Source of the DNA: Eledone cirrhosa
Lineage: Eukaryota
Direction: 5' to 3'
DNA length: 64,000 bases
NCBI GenBank assembly: GCA_964016885.1
Contig: OZ024753.1
Location: 1,364,001-1,428,000, forward strand
In this document: positions 27,079 through 39,223 of the stretch, in pieces
How the letters are laid out: each line of letters starts with the position of its first letter
Position numbering within the stretch: the first letter of the stretch is position 1
Made by a program: the position numbers and the translations under genes
Notes under the pieces: model-generated
Databases searched by the model: none
What the model was told of the DNA's origin: nothing
What the model saw: only the letters and a program-made list of their open reading frames with translations

Positions 27079-29174
27079 TATTACCCTGCAGTTACTTGAT
27101 AATGATATAACACATCACTAGTTAGGGTTACCGGCTGGTTTCATACTTGAATCAGATACTCATGGAGATAATAAACACCTCATATATGAATCTGTTACAT
27201 CAGACTTTAATATGCTGATTGAAGTTACTAGAAATTACTAGAATTGTTTGATTAGGTTTCCTCGAGGGCATTTTGGCTTCGTACACAACAGACTTGATGC
27301 TAGATATCTAGTCGAACAGACATTCTTCATTTTTCTGTATGAATATCAGTGATGACGAAGCTATGATACGAGTGCCAGCACTGGTATAACATAACATGGC
27401 ATACGCTGTATACTGAAAAAGTAATTAAAGATAAGCGTTTTCAATTTCATTTTTATTATTCTAGTTTTGAAGTATATTTTCAAACTTCAATCCCCTACTT
27501 TTTATAAATACACTAGAACAGCTACTTATCTATTTACCTAATACCAAAATATATGTACTCATGTCAGTGGCACTCCAATAGCAAGATGAATGGGTGACTG
27601 GTCTTGTAACCCTTGAGGGAGTCATAGGGGCGCCGTGTGACATACAGCGTTTTTAGGGCATTTTTAAACCTGACGGAACCCTTTCCAGTCTAAGTTTGAT
27701 TATAGCAAATTTCTTCCAGAGATGGATACAAAGTGAGAGAATGGAAGGGAGAAAAAGATATAGAGGAAGAATCGACCCCGGTACTAGTCTGGTACTTTAT
27801 TATCGACCTTGAATGGATGAAAGGCAAAGTTGACCTGAGCGAGATTTGAACTCGGGGAGCCGAAACGAATCATTCTATCCAACGTTCTAACGACTGACAA
27901 TTCATCGTCTCCAATAACAGGATTATTTTTTTTAAATTAAAATTTCAACACAGAGTTAAAAATTGTTCACCATAATTAGATTTAGATAACTGCAAATGGT
28001 AACATATATCTTAGAGGTGTTGATAGAAGAGAACATAATTTAGTGACATATCATTATGAGTAGGGTTAAAGAGGATAATAATAATAATAATAATATATAT
28101 ATATATAGCCCACTTAGAAGAAAGCTTAGGAGCCACAGGATATCACATAAATAATGTATATCATATTTATCATACCGTACATCAAATAAATAATCCTTGT
28201 GACGATGTATACTTCTCTCTTCCAGTTTTCACATAATTGGCTGAGGCAAATACGATGGAATTTTAACAATGTATCTATTGTTGTCTTTTTTTCTTTACCA
28301 TGTCTTTCACAGTTTCCTAGTTTTTTTCTTTTCTTTTCTTTTCCAAATCCCCAGTTAAGCAATGGATTCGACAAAACTACTAATGGGACTGCTGCTTTAC
28401 AGCTTTACTTTCAACTTTGTTTCATTATTCCTGGGTCGTAAAAGGCATCAGAAAAATATGTAACACTATTTGTTCCGACTCTTTACGCTCTGATTTCAAA
28501 TCCCACTGAGGTCAACTTTGCCTGAGGTCAACTTTAGATAAAATAAAGTAGCAGTTAAGTGCTAAAAGACATTATTATTTAAGAATCGTTAACATTAACT
28601 CTCTAAGATGGTGTGTTATGAAAAGCCGTGATAGTTGTTCCTGCTCTCTGTGATCGGAAGTCAACTTTGCCTTTCATTTTTTCGGGGTTATAATATTCTT
28701 TGTATTTTAAGGCTCTTACTTAGCCCCTAGTAGGGGTCAATCAGTCAGACTTATGATAAAAGATGTTTCAGCCGTAACCATCTCGTCTTTACCCTAGGGG
28801 CTTTGCATTCAAAACTACATTATCCAATGTGATTTTCTTTCCTAAGCCTATGTGGTCGCTGCATGGCCGAATGGTTAAGGAGTTCACTTTGCAATCATTA
28901 GGTCCCGGGTTTGATCTTACTACTTGGTATCTTGAACAAGTGTCATTTACCACAGCCATCTCATTTCCTCTCACAGTTTTAACTCATGAGAAAGGAATAT
29001 TTCACGTACCTATCTCAACTTTTTCCTTCTAAAACTGCGAGTTGTGAATACACAAATAATCACGGAGTTAAGAATTGCTGGTGAACAGACTCTGCCATGT
29101 TTGTGAAATGGACCTCAGTCGGTTTAGAAGATGAGTTGTTCGATAAACAGAATAGCCTGCTCGTAAAAATAATA

Positions 29175-29578
29175 GTTTCTAATTTTGTCACAAGGCCAGC
29201 ATTTATCCCACTGGTACTTTATTTTATCGACCCCGTAAGGATGAAAGGCAAAGTTAACCTCGGCGGGATTTGAACTCAGAATGGCAAGGGCCGTACTCAA
29301 TGCTGCAAAGCATGGCATCCGACTCTCTACCATACTGCAAATCCACCGCCTGCTCGTAAAAATAATGGTTTCTTATATAGACACAAGACAAGCAATTTAG
29401 GGGGAGGGGAAACTCGATTAAATCGACTCCAGTGCGTAACTGGTACTTTATTTTATCGACCCTGTAAGGGTGGAAGGCAAAGTTAACCACGGCGGGATTT
29501 GTTCTCAGACCGTAAAGGGTCGTAACTCTGTGCTGCAAAGCATGACATCCGACTCTCTACTGATACAGCCAATCCACC
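29175..29578 (-). mobile_element. Two tandem SINE family A copies
   Basis: Copies 29175-29347 and 29367-29578, delimited by three copies of GCCTGCTCGTAAAAATAAT. Confidence 0.85.
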
Positions 29579-31268
29579 GCCTGCTCGTAAAAATAATAAG
29601 ACATATACACATGTATATATACACATGTATATATATACACACATCCAGTGAACACACGTACATTTCGGGAAGATAAATGATGATGAAGATGACAAAGTTG
29701 TCTTTTAGTGAGATATTTCAATTTCTCCCAATAAACAAACACTTATTTTCGTTGAAATCAACCAACAGTAATTTGATCGTTCATTGGAATATAAGAAAAA
29801 CATGGAGGGCGGCAGAAGACGATGGTTTCGTGTTGTGGCTTTCATGTAATACATCCCTTTGTTTGTTCTATCACCGCCCTCTTTAAAGATCTTTTTTTTT
29901 CTTTCTGGTTTTGTTTCCTTCTATTTTTTACCTTTCTACAATACAGCATCTTACACGCCAAACATTTTCGTAGGTTTCTCTTTTCTATTTCCACCGATGA
30001 AAGCTGATATTATGTATTTTACACATGATAAACTCAGCGGTAAATGTTTGATTTCCAAGTTTGTGTAGGAGTCATGGATCTACAGTATAAGGTAACACAG
30101 TTTCTGACAATCAAACACACAAACACAAGCATACACATACACACGTACAGATATACACACACAGACACACACACAGACATACATACACCGATTCTTCTCT
30201 CCCCCCCTCTCTATCTATCCATCCATCCATATCTATCTATCCATCCATCTATCTATCTCTATCCGTCTATCTCTATCTATCTATCCATTCATCTATTTAT
30301 CTATCTATTGTATTTTCCCCCTTCCTTTGTGCCCCTGTGGCTAATAAAGAAACATATCTATCTGCCGATGTCTTCCTCAAATCGTATTAGTTTTGTCACT
30401 CACACTGTTATTTCCGTAAGCTCCTATTTTCATTCCATCGTGTTGTTTCACTAAAGTGGACTGGATGACCCAGTAGATAATATCCTACGTATCTAACTGT
30501 CATGTTTCTATGTTCGTATCTCACTAGAAGCCTTATGTGTGTATTATCTCTGACAACAGACGTATACCATCTGTGTACGCTACTTGTCTACTCTTGTTGA
30601 CCAAAATATATAAACATTCATTCATTTAAAATACCCAAACACATTTATCTCATGAAAAAAATAGTTATAAGCCGATACAGAAACTCATAAAAAGTCGTTC
30701 GACTTACCAAAAAATGCGGTCAAATCTCCCTTAAAAATACACGCAATTGGCTTAGAAGAAGAATGGATCTCCGTCAGTTTCGAAGATAAGTGTTCTAGTT
30801 GGTGAATCAACGGAATTTCCTGCTTGTGAAATTAACGTGCAAGTGAGTGACACTACAGGTCTCAACGGAGACCGGTACGAAGAGGAAACGGGTCTGTCGG
30901 GCATTATTCCATAGGAGATTCCCTGTGACACAGTATACTCGATCTGTCGAGCTTCTAAACAATTTCTGTCCTACTCAGTTTCACGTGACATGTGTCGGCC
31001 CAAGTCTGTGGTGAATGACAATTCCCCCAAGATGCCACGCAATGGAATTGATCCCGGAACCTAATAATTGAGAAGCGAACTCCTTAACCATTCGGCCACA
31101 ATACGACACTACTTCGGCACCCCACCCATGTCTATGTAATAGTACTGAGTAAAAAGAAAGGAAATCAAAAGGAAAACAAATGAGATCTGATGAGAATTGC
31201 GGCATTTCTTATAGAGAATAAGGTTTGGCTGATTTAGTTAGTCTAATGACGTTTTGGCCACCTATGTG

Positions 31269-31306
<38 letters not shown>

Positions 31307-31624
31307 AAACCCAAATTGTGAGGATCGTATAAGTTGATAGAACTTTTTCCCCACTCGGCATATTCAGAAATCGAGATTCTATTATTATTTGTACACCTCA
31401 TGTATAGAACCCCACTCAGCCATTCTTGCCTCTATTGTCAACACATAACCAGTGGATGATTTCTCCCCTCTTTCTTCTATCGATTTTCCCCTCCCCTTCT
31501 AGTTAAGTCAACTTGCTAAATGAATGTTTCTCTAAGATGAACTAATTATAATAGATCTAAACATGTCGTTGCTTTCACCAGTTTGACTTATAGCAGGGTT
31601 CAATCACATTACATTCTGTAGGAT

Positions 31625-31830
31625 TGATCCCGCCGAGGTTAACTTTGCCATTCACCCTTACGGGGTCGATAAACTAAAGTACCACTGGGGTCGATAAAAT
31701 AAAGTACCAGTTGGGTCGATAAAATAAAGTACTACTGGGGGGTCAATAAAATAAAGTACCACTGGGGTCGATTTAATCGACTTCCCCTCCCCCTAAATTG
31801 GTAGCCTTGTGCTTAAATTTGAGACCATTA
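31625..31830 (+). mobile_element. SINE family A with an internal 4x tandem expansion
   Basis: A GGGTCGATAAAATAAAGTACCA-like unit is repeated four times. Confidence 0.75.
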
Positions 31831-32528
31831 TGTAGGGTTGATCCAAAAGAGTTGGATCAGCTCAAGCTATAGTAATCTTCTTACAAGGTTAGCTAAACGC
31901 ATAGTATGTTACATAAACATATAATTAGACGGCCATACGTACATCTTTACAGGGGAACATTTAAATCCTTGAGGTGAGATGTTTCTAGTTAATATATGGA
32001 AAATGTCCCTTGTCATACGTTTTCTTATTCTTTATTTTTCTTTCACTTACTGTATTACTTAATTTTGTTTTACATTCTAAAATGTTGGTATCATAAGCAG
32101 AATCAGCTTTGTACAAACAAAGATCAGGACGATAAAACAGGCGTGGATTGGAAACAGATACCATCTCCTCAATCTTAGCCGTCATTGGTACCGAGAGGAA
32201 GAGGAATCAAAACAAAACAAAAAATAAAATCAAAAGAAGTGTCATTTCTTTTATAAAAGCAAAACAAAAACTTGCTACAAGAAGAAGTGAAGGGAGAAGA
32301 AGAGAGGGGACGATGGATAAAACACAAAGATAATAAAGATGATGATAATGAGAAAGATAGAGTTGAAGATATATCGCTCACAAAATAGCAAACACTTCCT
32401 TTTCTATAAATAAATCTGACACGGAATGTTGCTGGTAAAAATAAATCCCAGAGCGAATTGAACTTCTATCAGTTTGTCGGAAACAATATGACATACATCA
32501 ATCAATGTTGACACCGAAATAAACTAAC

Positions 32529-33012
32529 CTCTTCACATTGACGATAGAGACTAACGGTGGACGGAGTAAGGTCGGTTGGTTAAGGTCACTTCACATTGAC
32601 CATAGAGACTAGCGGTGGTCGTAGTATGGTCAGTTGGTTAAGAAGGTCACTTCACATTGACCATAGAGACTAGCGGTGGTCGTAGTATGGTCAGTTGGTT
32701 AAGAAGGTCACTTCACATTGACCATAGAAACTAGCGGTGGTCGTAGTATGGTCAGTTGGTTAAGAAGGTCACTTCACATTGACCATAGAAACTAGCGGTG
32801 GTCGTAGTATGGTCAGTTGGTTAAGAAGGCCACTTCACATTGACCATAGAAACTAGCGGTGGTCGTAGTATGGTCAGTTGGTTAAGAAGGCCACTTCACA
32901 TTGACCATAGAAACGATGGACGTAGTGTGGTCAGTTGGTTAAGAAGGCCACTTCACATTGACCATAGAAACGATGGACGTAGTGTGGTCAATTGGTTAAG
33001 AAGGTCACTTCA
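32529..33012. repeat. 59-61-bp minisatellite, about 8 copies, containing a tRNA-like A-box
   Basis: Unit CTTCACATTGACCATAGA(G/A)ACTAGCGGTGGTCGTAGTATGGTCAGTTGGTTAAGAAGG(T/C)CA. Confidence 0.92.
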
Positions 33013-33334
33013 AAATCATTAGGTTCGGAGTTCGATCCAACTGTACAACTGTTATTTACCATAGAGGACAGTAACATGACAATCAAAGAATGAGAGCCCC
33101 AACACGAAACCTTCGTCCTCAGCCACCCTCCATGTTTTTCTTATATTCCAATGAACGATCAAATTACTGTTGGTTGATTTCAACGAAAATAAGTGTTAGT
33201 TTATTGGGAGAAATTGAAATATCTCACTAAAAAACAACTTTGTAATCATCATCATCATTTATCTTCTCTGAACGCATGTGTGTACAATGGATGTGTGTGT
33301 ATATATACATGTATATGTGTTCAGTGGATGTGTG

Positions 33335-33507
33335 AAAGGGCTACGAGAGTGGGGGGCAGGAGGTCCAGCCGGTACTTTGTTCCGGGACCCAAGAGCTAAG
33401 AAGGCCCCACAGCAACCATGCAACATCCATTTTAAGAAAAATCTCTGCCTGCTTCGGGCGCCAAAGGGGTCTTATACTGCCTTGTAAAATTTCTCTTGGA
33501 GGCCTTG
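33335..33507. mobile_element. GC-rich MITE-like insert in a minisatellite
   Basis: Imperfect TIRs AGGGCTACGAGAG / CTCTTGGAGGCCTT, flanked by GATGTGTG / GATGCGTG. Confidence 0.4.
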
Positions 33508-34332
33508 GATGCGTGTATATATACACATGTATGTATTTAGTGGATGTGTGTATATATTTATATATATACATGTATGTTTTCAGTGGATGTATATATATAT
33601 ACATGCATGTATTTAGTGGACGTGTATATATATATACATGTATGTATTTAGTGGATGTGTATATATATATACATGTATGTATTTAGTGGACGTGTATATA
33701 TATATATATATACATGTATGTATTTAGTGGATGTGTGTATATATATATATACATGTATGTATTTAGTGCATGTGTGTATATATATATATATACACGTATG
33801 TATTCAGTGGACTTGTGCACATATACACGTATCTGCGTGTATATACATTATGTATGCGTGTGTGTATATCCGAATGTATGTGTTATGTGAAAGCAACATG
33901 GCGGAATGGTTAAGAAGTTCGTTTCGCAATTGTTAGGTTTCATGATTGATCCCATCTTGAACCTGTGTCATTTACCCTAGCCTCGGGTCAACCCTTGTCT
34001 TGTGTAGACAGAAACTGTTTGGAAATCTGTCAGACGGACTGTACCTAATCCATAAGACCAGCCCTGTCAAATACTGAGTCACACTGAGTCTCACACAGAA
34101 TTATGTTGAGGGTACACGTGTTTGTGGAACAGCCAGCCACTTGCACGTTAGTTTCATGAGCTGGGTGCTCCGTCTATCGAACAACTGGAGCACTCATCAT
34201 AGAGAAAAAAAGGATGCCCCTTCCAGAAGCTAAGGCAAAGAAGCATATAAACGAAGGGCAAGGTGAAACGAAAATAATAATTCCCCACCATTAATTCTAC
34301 CACGAGATTAATCGAAGTTTCACTTTACATAA

Positions 34333-34552
34333 TGATTTCTACTCTGGGCACAAGGCCAGTAATTTGGAGGGTGGGGAAAGTCGATTAAATCGACCCCAGT
34401 ACGTTACTGGTTCTTTATTTTTATCGACCCCGTAAGGATGAAAGGCAAACTTAACCTCGGCGGGATTTGAACGCAGACCGTAAAGAGCCGTAACTCTATG
34501 CTGCAAAGCATTTTGTCCGACTCTCTAACGATACTGCCAGTCTACCGCCCTC
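34333..34552 (-). mobile_element. SINE family A
   Basis: Full copy; flanking duplication AGTTT.ACTTTACATAATGA. Confidence 0.82.
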
Positions 34553-35008
34553 AGTTTTACTTTACATAATGAAACTTTGCCTTTCATTCCGTCGGGGTCA
34601 ATAAAATGAATTACTGGCTTTGAACCTCAACTAGAAATGAGGGTGGGGAATTGGCAGTATTAGTAGAACACCAGACGATAGAGTACCACTAAAGTACTGG
34701 GATCTGTTCAATCGATTTCCCCCCCCCCCCCCCCCCAAAAAAAAATTGTATCTGTGATAGAAACAATTGTAACCAACCTCCCACATTTTATTACCATTTC
34801 TACTCATTTCCATAATCTGACATATCTTATATATGTCTATTTTTTAATATAATAATTGATAGTGATTGCAGCACGCTGTGATTTGTATACAGCAGAAAAT
34901 AGGCTAATTTCCTCTCTCAACAGGAAACATTTCTTTAGGTATTCATTCTGACTTTCACCCATACACATACTGAGGGATACACACACAGAGACACACACAC
35001 ATATTGAT

Positions 35009-35042
<34 letters not shown>

Positions 35043-35056
35043 AGAGATACAGAGAT

Positions 35057-35111
<55 letters not shown>

Positions 35112-36130
35112 TACAGAGATACACATACACACACACACACAGACACACATGCTGAGAGACACAGAGATACACACACACACACACATGGAATCTCACAACC
35201 ACATCCACCTGCACACAGACACACATATACAGACACACACACGCACATATATATACACACACACACACACGGGTTCTCATAAACACGCCCACAGCTATCT
35301 TGGAATAATTCATATATCCCAAGAAATTAAAAAGAATATATGGTGAAGTCTGCTCCTTTCAATCGCCTTCCTTCACATTCCTACTTAAAGATGGACCAAT
35401 TACATATATTTATGTATGTATGGTCCCTTAACTCCTGATAGAGTCGTAGGGACGCCGTATTGACATACGGTGTTTCTTGGACACTTTTTAAGCCTGGCAG
35501 AGCCCACCCCTCCCCAGGCCCGAGTACAGCAGGTTTCTCCCAGGGAAAGTGAGAAAGTGAGAAAAAGAAAATGAGAAAGAGATATAGAGGAAGAATCGAC
35601 CCCAGTACTTTACTGGTACTTTTTTTATCGACCTCAAAAGGATGAACTCAAAGAGCAGTGAGGAATGACATGTAATAAAGCCTATATAAATAGCAGGGGA
35701 ACTCCCAGCAAACAACGGCATCCTAACAGGGGCTAGCAATGGATCGAAATCGACTGAATGAAATGGAAAGTATATAACAGCAGATCACATCTTTATAGAA
35801 TTATATATAATTGTTTCTACTTTTGGCACAAGGCCAGCAATTATCTCAGCGCATTACTGGTACTTTATTTCATCGACCCCGTAAGGATGAAAGGCAAAGT
35901 TAACCTCGGCGGGATTTCATTAATATTTGACGAAAAAAAAAAAGTGCATCTCCATTCTGGAAATTTTAAGCGTTTGTCTTTCAGTTTATCGTGGACGACG
36001 GAAATGTTATTTTAAATACAAACGAAATTAACTTTTACACTCGCGAGATGGAATGGCTACAGATGGAATGGCTCTTCCAGCGTATCTCCCTTACAATCCT
36101 CCGGGGAAACACCTTCTCCATTCTGTCCGT

Positions 36131-36598
36131 ATACTAAGATGTGTGTGTGATACTAAGATGTGTGTGTGATACTAAGATGTGTGTGTGATACTAAGATGTG
36201 TGTGTGATACTAAGATGTGTGTGTGATACTAAGATGTGTGTGTGATACTAAGATGTGTGTGTGATACTAAGATGTGTGTGTGATATCTAAGATGCGTGTG
36301 TGATATATAAGCTGTGTGTGTGTGTGATAACTATGATGCGCATGTGATATACCTAAGATGTGTGTGTGTGATAACTAAGATACGTGTGTAATATCTAAGA
36401 TGTGTATGTGGGATAACTAAGATGCGTATGTGTATGTGAATACGTGTGTGATATCTAAGATATATATGTGATATGTATGATATACCTAAGATGTGTGTGT
36501 GTGTGTGATATCTAAGATGTATGTATGATATACCTAAGATGTGTGTGTGTATGTATATATGTGTGTGTGTGTGTAAGATGTGTGTGTGTGTGTGTAAG
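36131..36598. repeat. 19-bp minisatellite ATACTAAGATGTGTGTGTG, decaying 3'
   Basis: Eight near-perfect units followed by degenerate ones. Confidence 0.9.
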
Positions 36599-36663
36599 AC
36601 AGCCGAATCAACACTGACAATGTTTAATTCGATACTAACGAACTGAAAAGGAATTCAATAAAA

Positions 36664-37290
<627 letters not shown>

Positions 37291-37874
37291 GATGTTGGCA
37301 CTCACACAGATAGATGTTGAATAGGTGAGAAGGATGGTTGTGGCTGCTGCTGGTAGTGATGGTAGCAGGTTGTATTTGGGAAGATATAGAGGGCTAGAGG
37401 GAGGTTTATCATTGTGAATAGCAGTGGGTGCTTTAGAGATGGTTGTTGTTGTTGGTAGTGATGGTGTTGTTGGTGGTGGTGGTGTCTGTAGTGCTGCCCT
37501 CTTCTTCTCAGTGATAGTAGCTGGCGTGCGGCATGAAACGCAGACGAACACACATTCAATATTCAGCTAAGAGAATATGTCGAACCACATTAAGTTGAAA
37601 ACGGATTTGTGTGAGGGAAATCTACTGTTGTATCTGCTATTTAAGAAAAATTACAGTCGAAGAAGACGAATACGTAAGTAAATTTACAAGGCAGAAAAAA
37701 AAAAAAAAAGACTACCAAAAAAAATATATAAGCCGAAACTCAACACTGTTTATTTATGTCTGAGAAAACGAAGAGAAAGATGTGGAGAATGAAAGAAGAA
37801 ATTTTAAAATGTATCACTTGACATAATTTTCTAAATCTTAATCAGACCAGATAACTGTCCCTTTTGTGTCTCGG

Positions 37875-37948
<74 letters not shown>

Positions 37949-38015
37949 ATATTTTCATCGGATGTAATAAAAGTGTCCCATTTGAATCGGACTAATACAC
38001 ACACACACATCTCCA

Positions 38016-38077
<62 letters not shown>

Positions 38078-38819
38078 TATATTTGTCCAAAGTCTCTTTG
38101 AATCGGTTCTTAAAAGTCGCAAAATTATGTTTACCGTAATTCAAATTTAAACAATTCGTCTTGGATTTTATCGTATTTGAAACCGTTCATAGGATGGATT
38201 ATACATAAAGAAACGTAATTGTTGTATTTATATATATTCTCTCTCTAAATATATATCAATATATATAGATATATGACGATGATGATGATGATGCTATTGC
38301 TATTGATAATAAGGAGGAATTAACAACCACTACGGATTATCATAAATATATACAGCAAGGTACGGATGTTTGTTTCGCTGGACCGTAACACAAATGAACT
38401 ATGAAGATCACTTGAACTTTCTGTTTCAGGATGAAATTATTACATTTTTTAATGGATCACTTATCTTTTTCCGCTACTGAATGCAGATTTTTGCCTCCGT
38501 TTTTAAATTCTTTGGAAAGCATTTTGCACGACATTTTTGCTGGAAAATAACGTGACTCGTAAGCATTCGTAACATCAGTATGAATTCTAACATTGCAACA
38601 AAATGTGTATGAAGATGATATATAAAAGATGAACATGTTATTTGTGGTGTCACCACTGTAAATAAATACTAGGAATGAATCAAATACGAGTTTATTCTTA
38701 ATCTGCAACTAAAAGAAATAAAATAACTGATAAATATTTGGAAATTAACGAAACGTTCCCACAGGAAAATCTGCTTCAATGCAACGATAATAAACTATAA
38801 ATTGGTTTTCTCAATAATA

Positions 38820-39008
38820 CAGGTAAAATTCTGTTACAACGAATACCATTATAAGAATTTTTCAGTATAACGAAATCTTTTTCAATCCCCGAGGTAATAA
38901 CAAACAAATGTTCGATTTGTTTCGGTCGATCTCGTTATAAAGAATTTTTTATTACAAGGATTTTTTTTTTATATACCCCGTGAATTTCGTTATAACGGAA
39001 TTTCACTG
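38820..39008. mobile_element. pogo/Tigger-type MITE about 215 bp upstream of the PLCXD-like ATG
   Basis: CAGGTAAAATTCTGTTACAACGAA ... TTCGTTATAACGGAATTTCACTG, TA TSD, internal TATAA(C/A)GAA repeats. Confidence 0.75.
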
Positions 39009-39072
39009 TAATACAAATGTATCCAATATTTATTTCGGCTGAATTTCTTTTTAATTAGTAAAACTACGTGAT

Positions 39073-39106
<34 letters not shown>

Positions 39107-39223
39107 ATATATATATATACATATACACATATATATATATATATACACGTGTGTATCATTGTTGAGGTTCGTTAAATATCATGATTTCAACTCACTCATG
39201 TATGTCTCTGGTTAACTAGACTA

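Noticed and set aside
31186-31220. CTGATGAG followed by a small hairpin
   Set aside because: No GAAA box or cleavage triplet follows; likely chance.
32529-33012. CRISPR-like regular array
   Set aside because: Whole units repeat with no unique spacers, there are no cas genes, and the context is eukaryotic.
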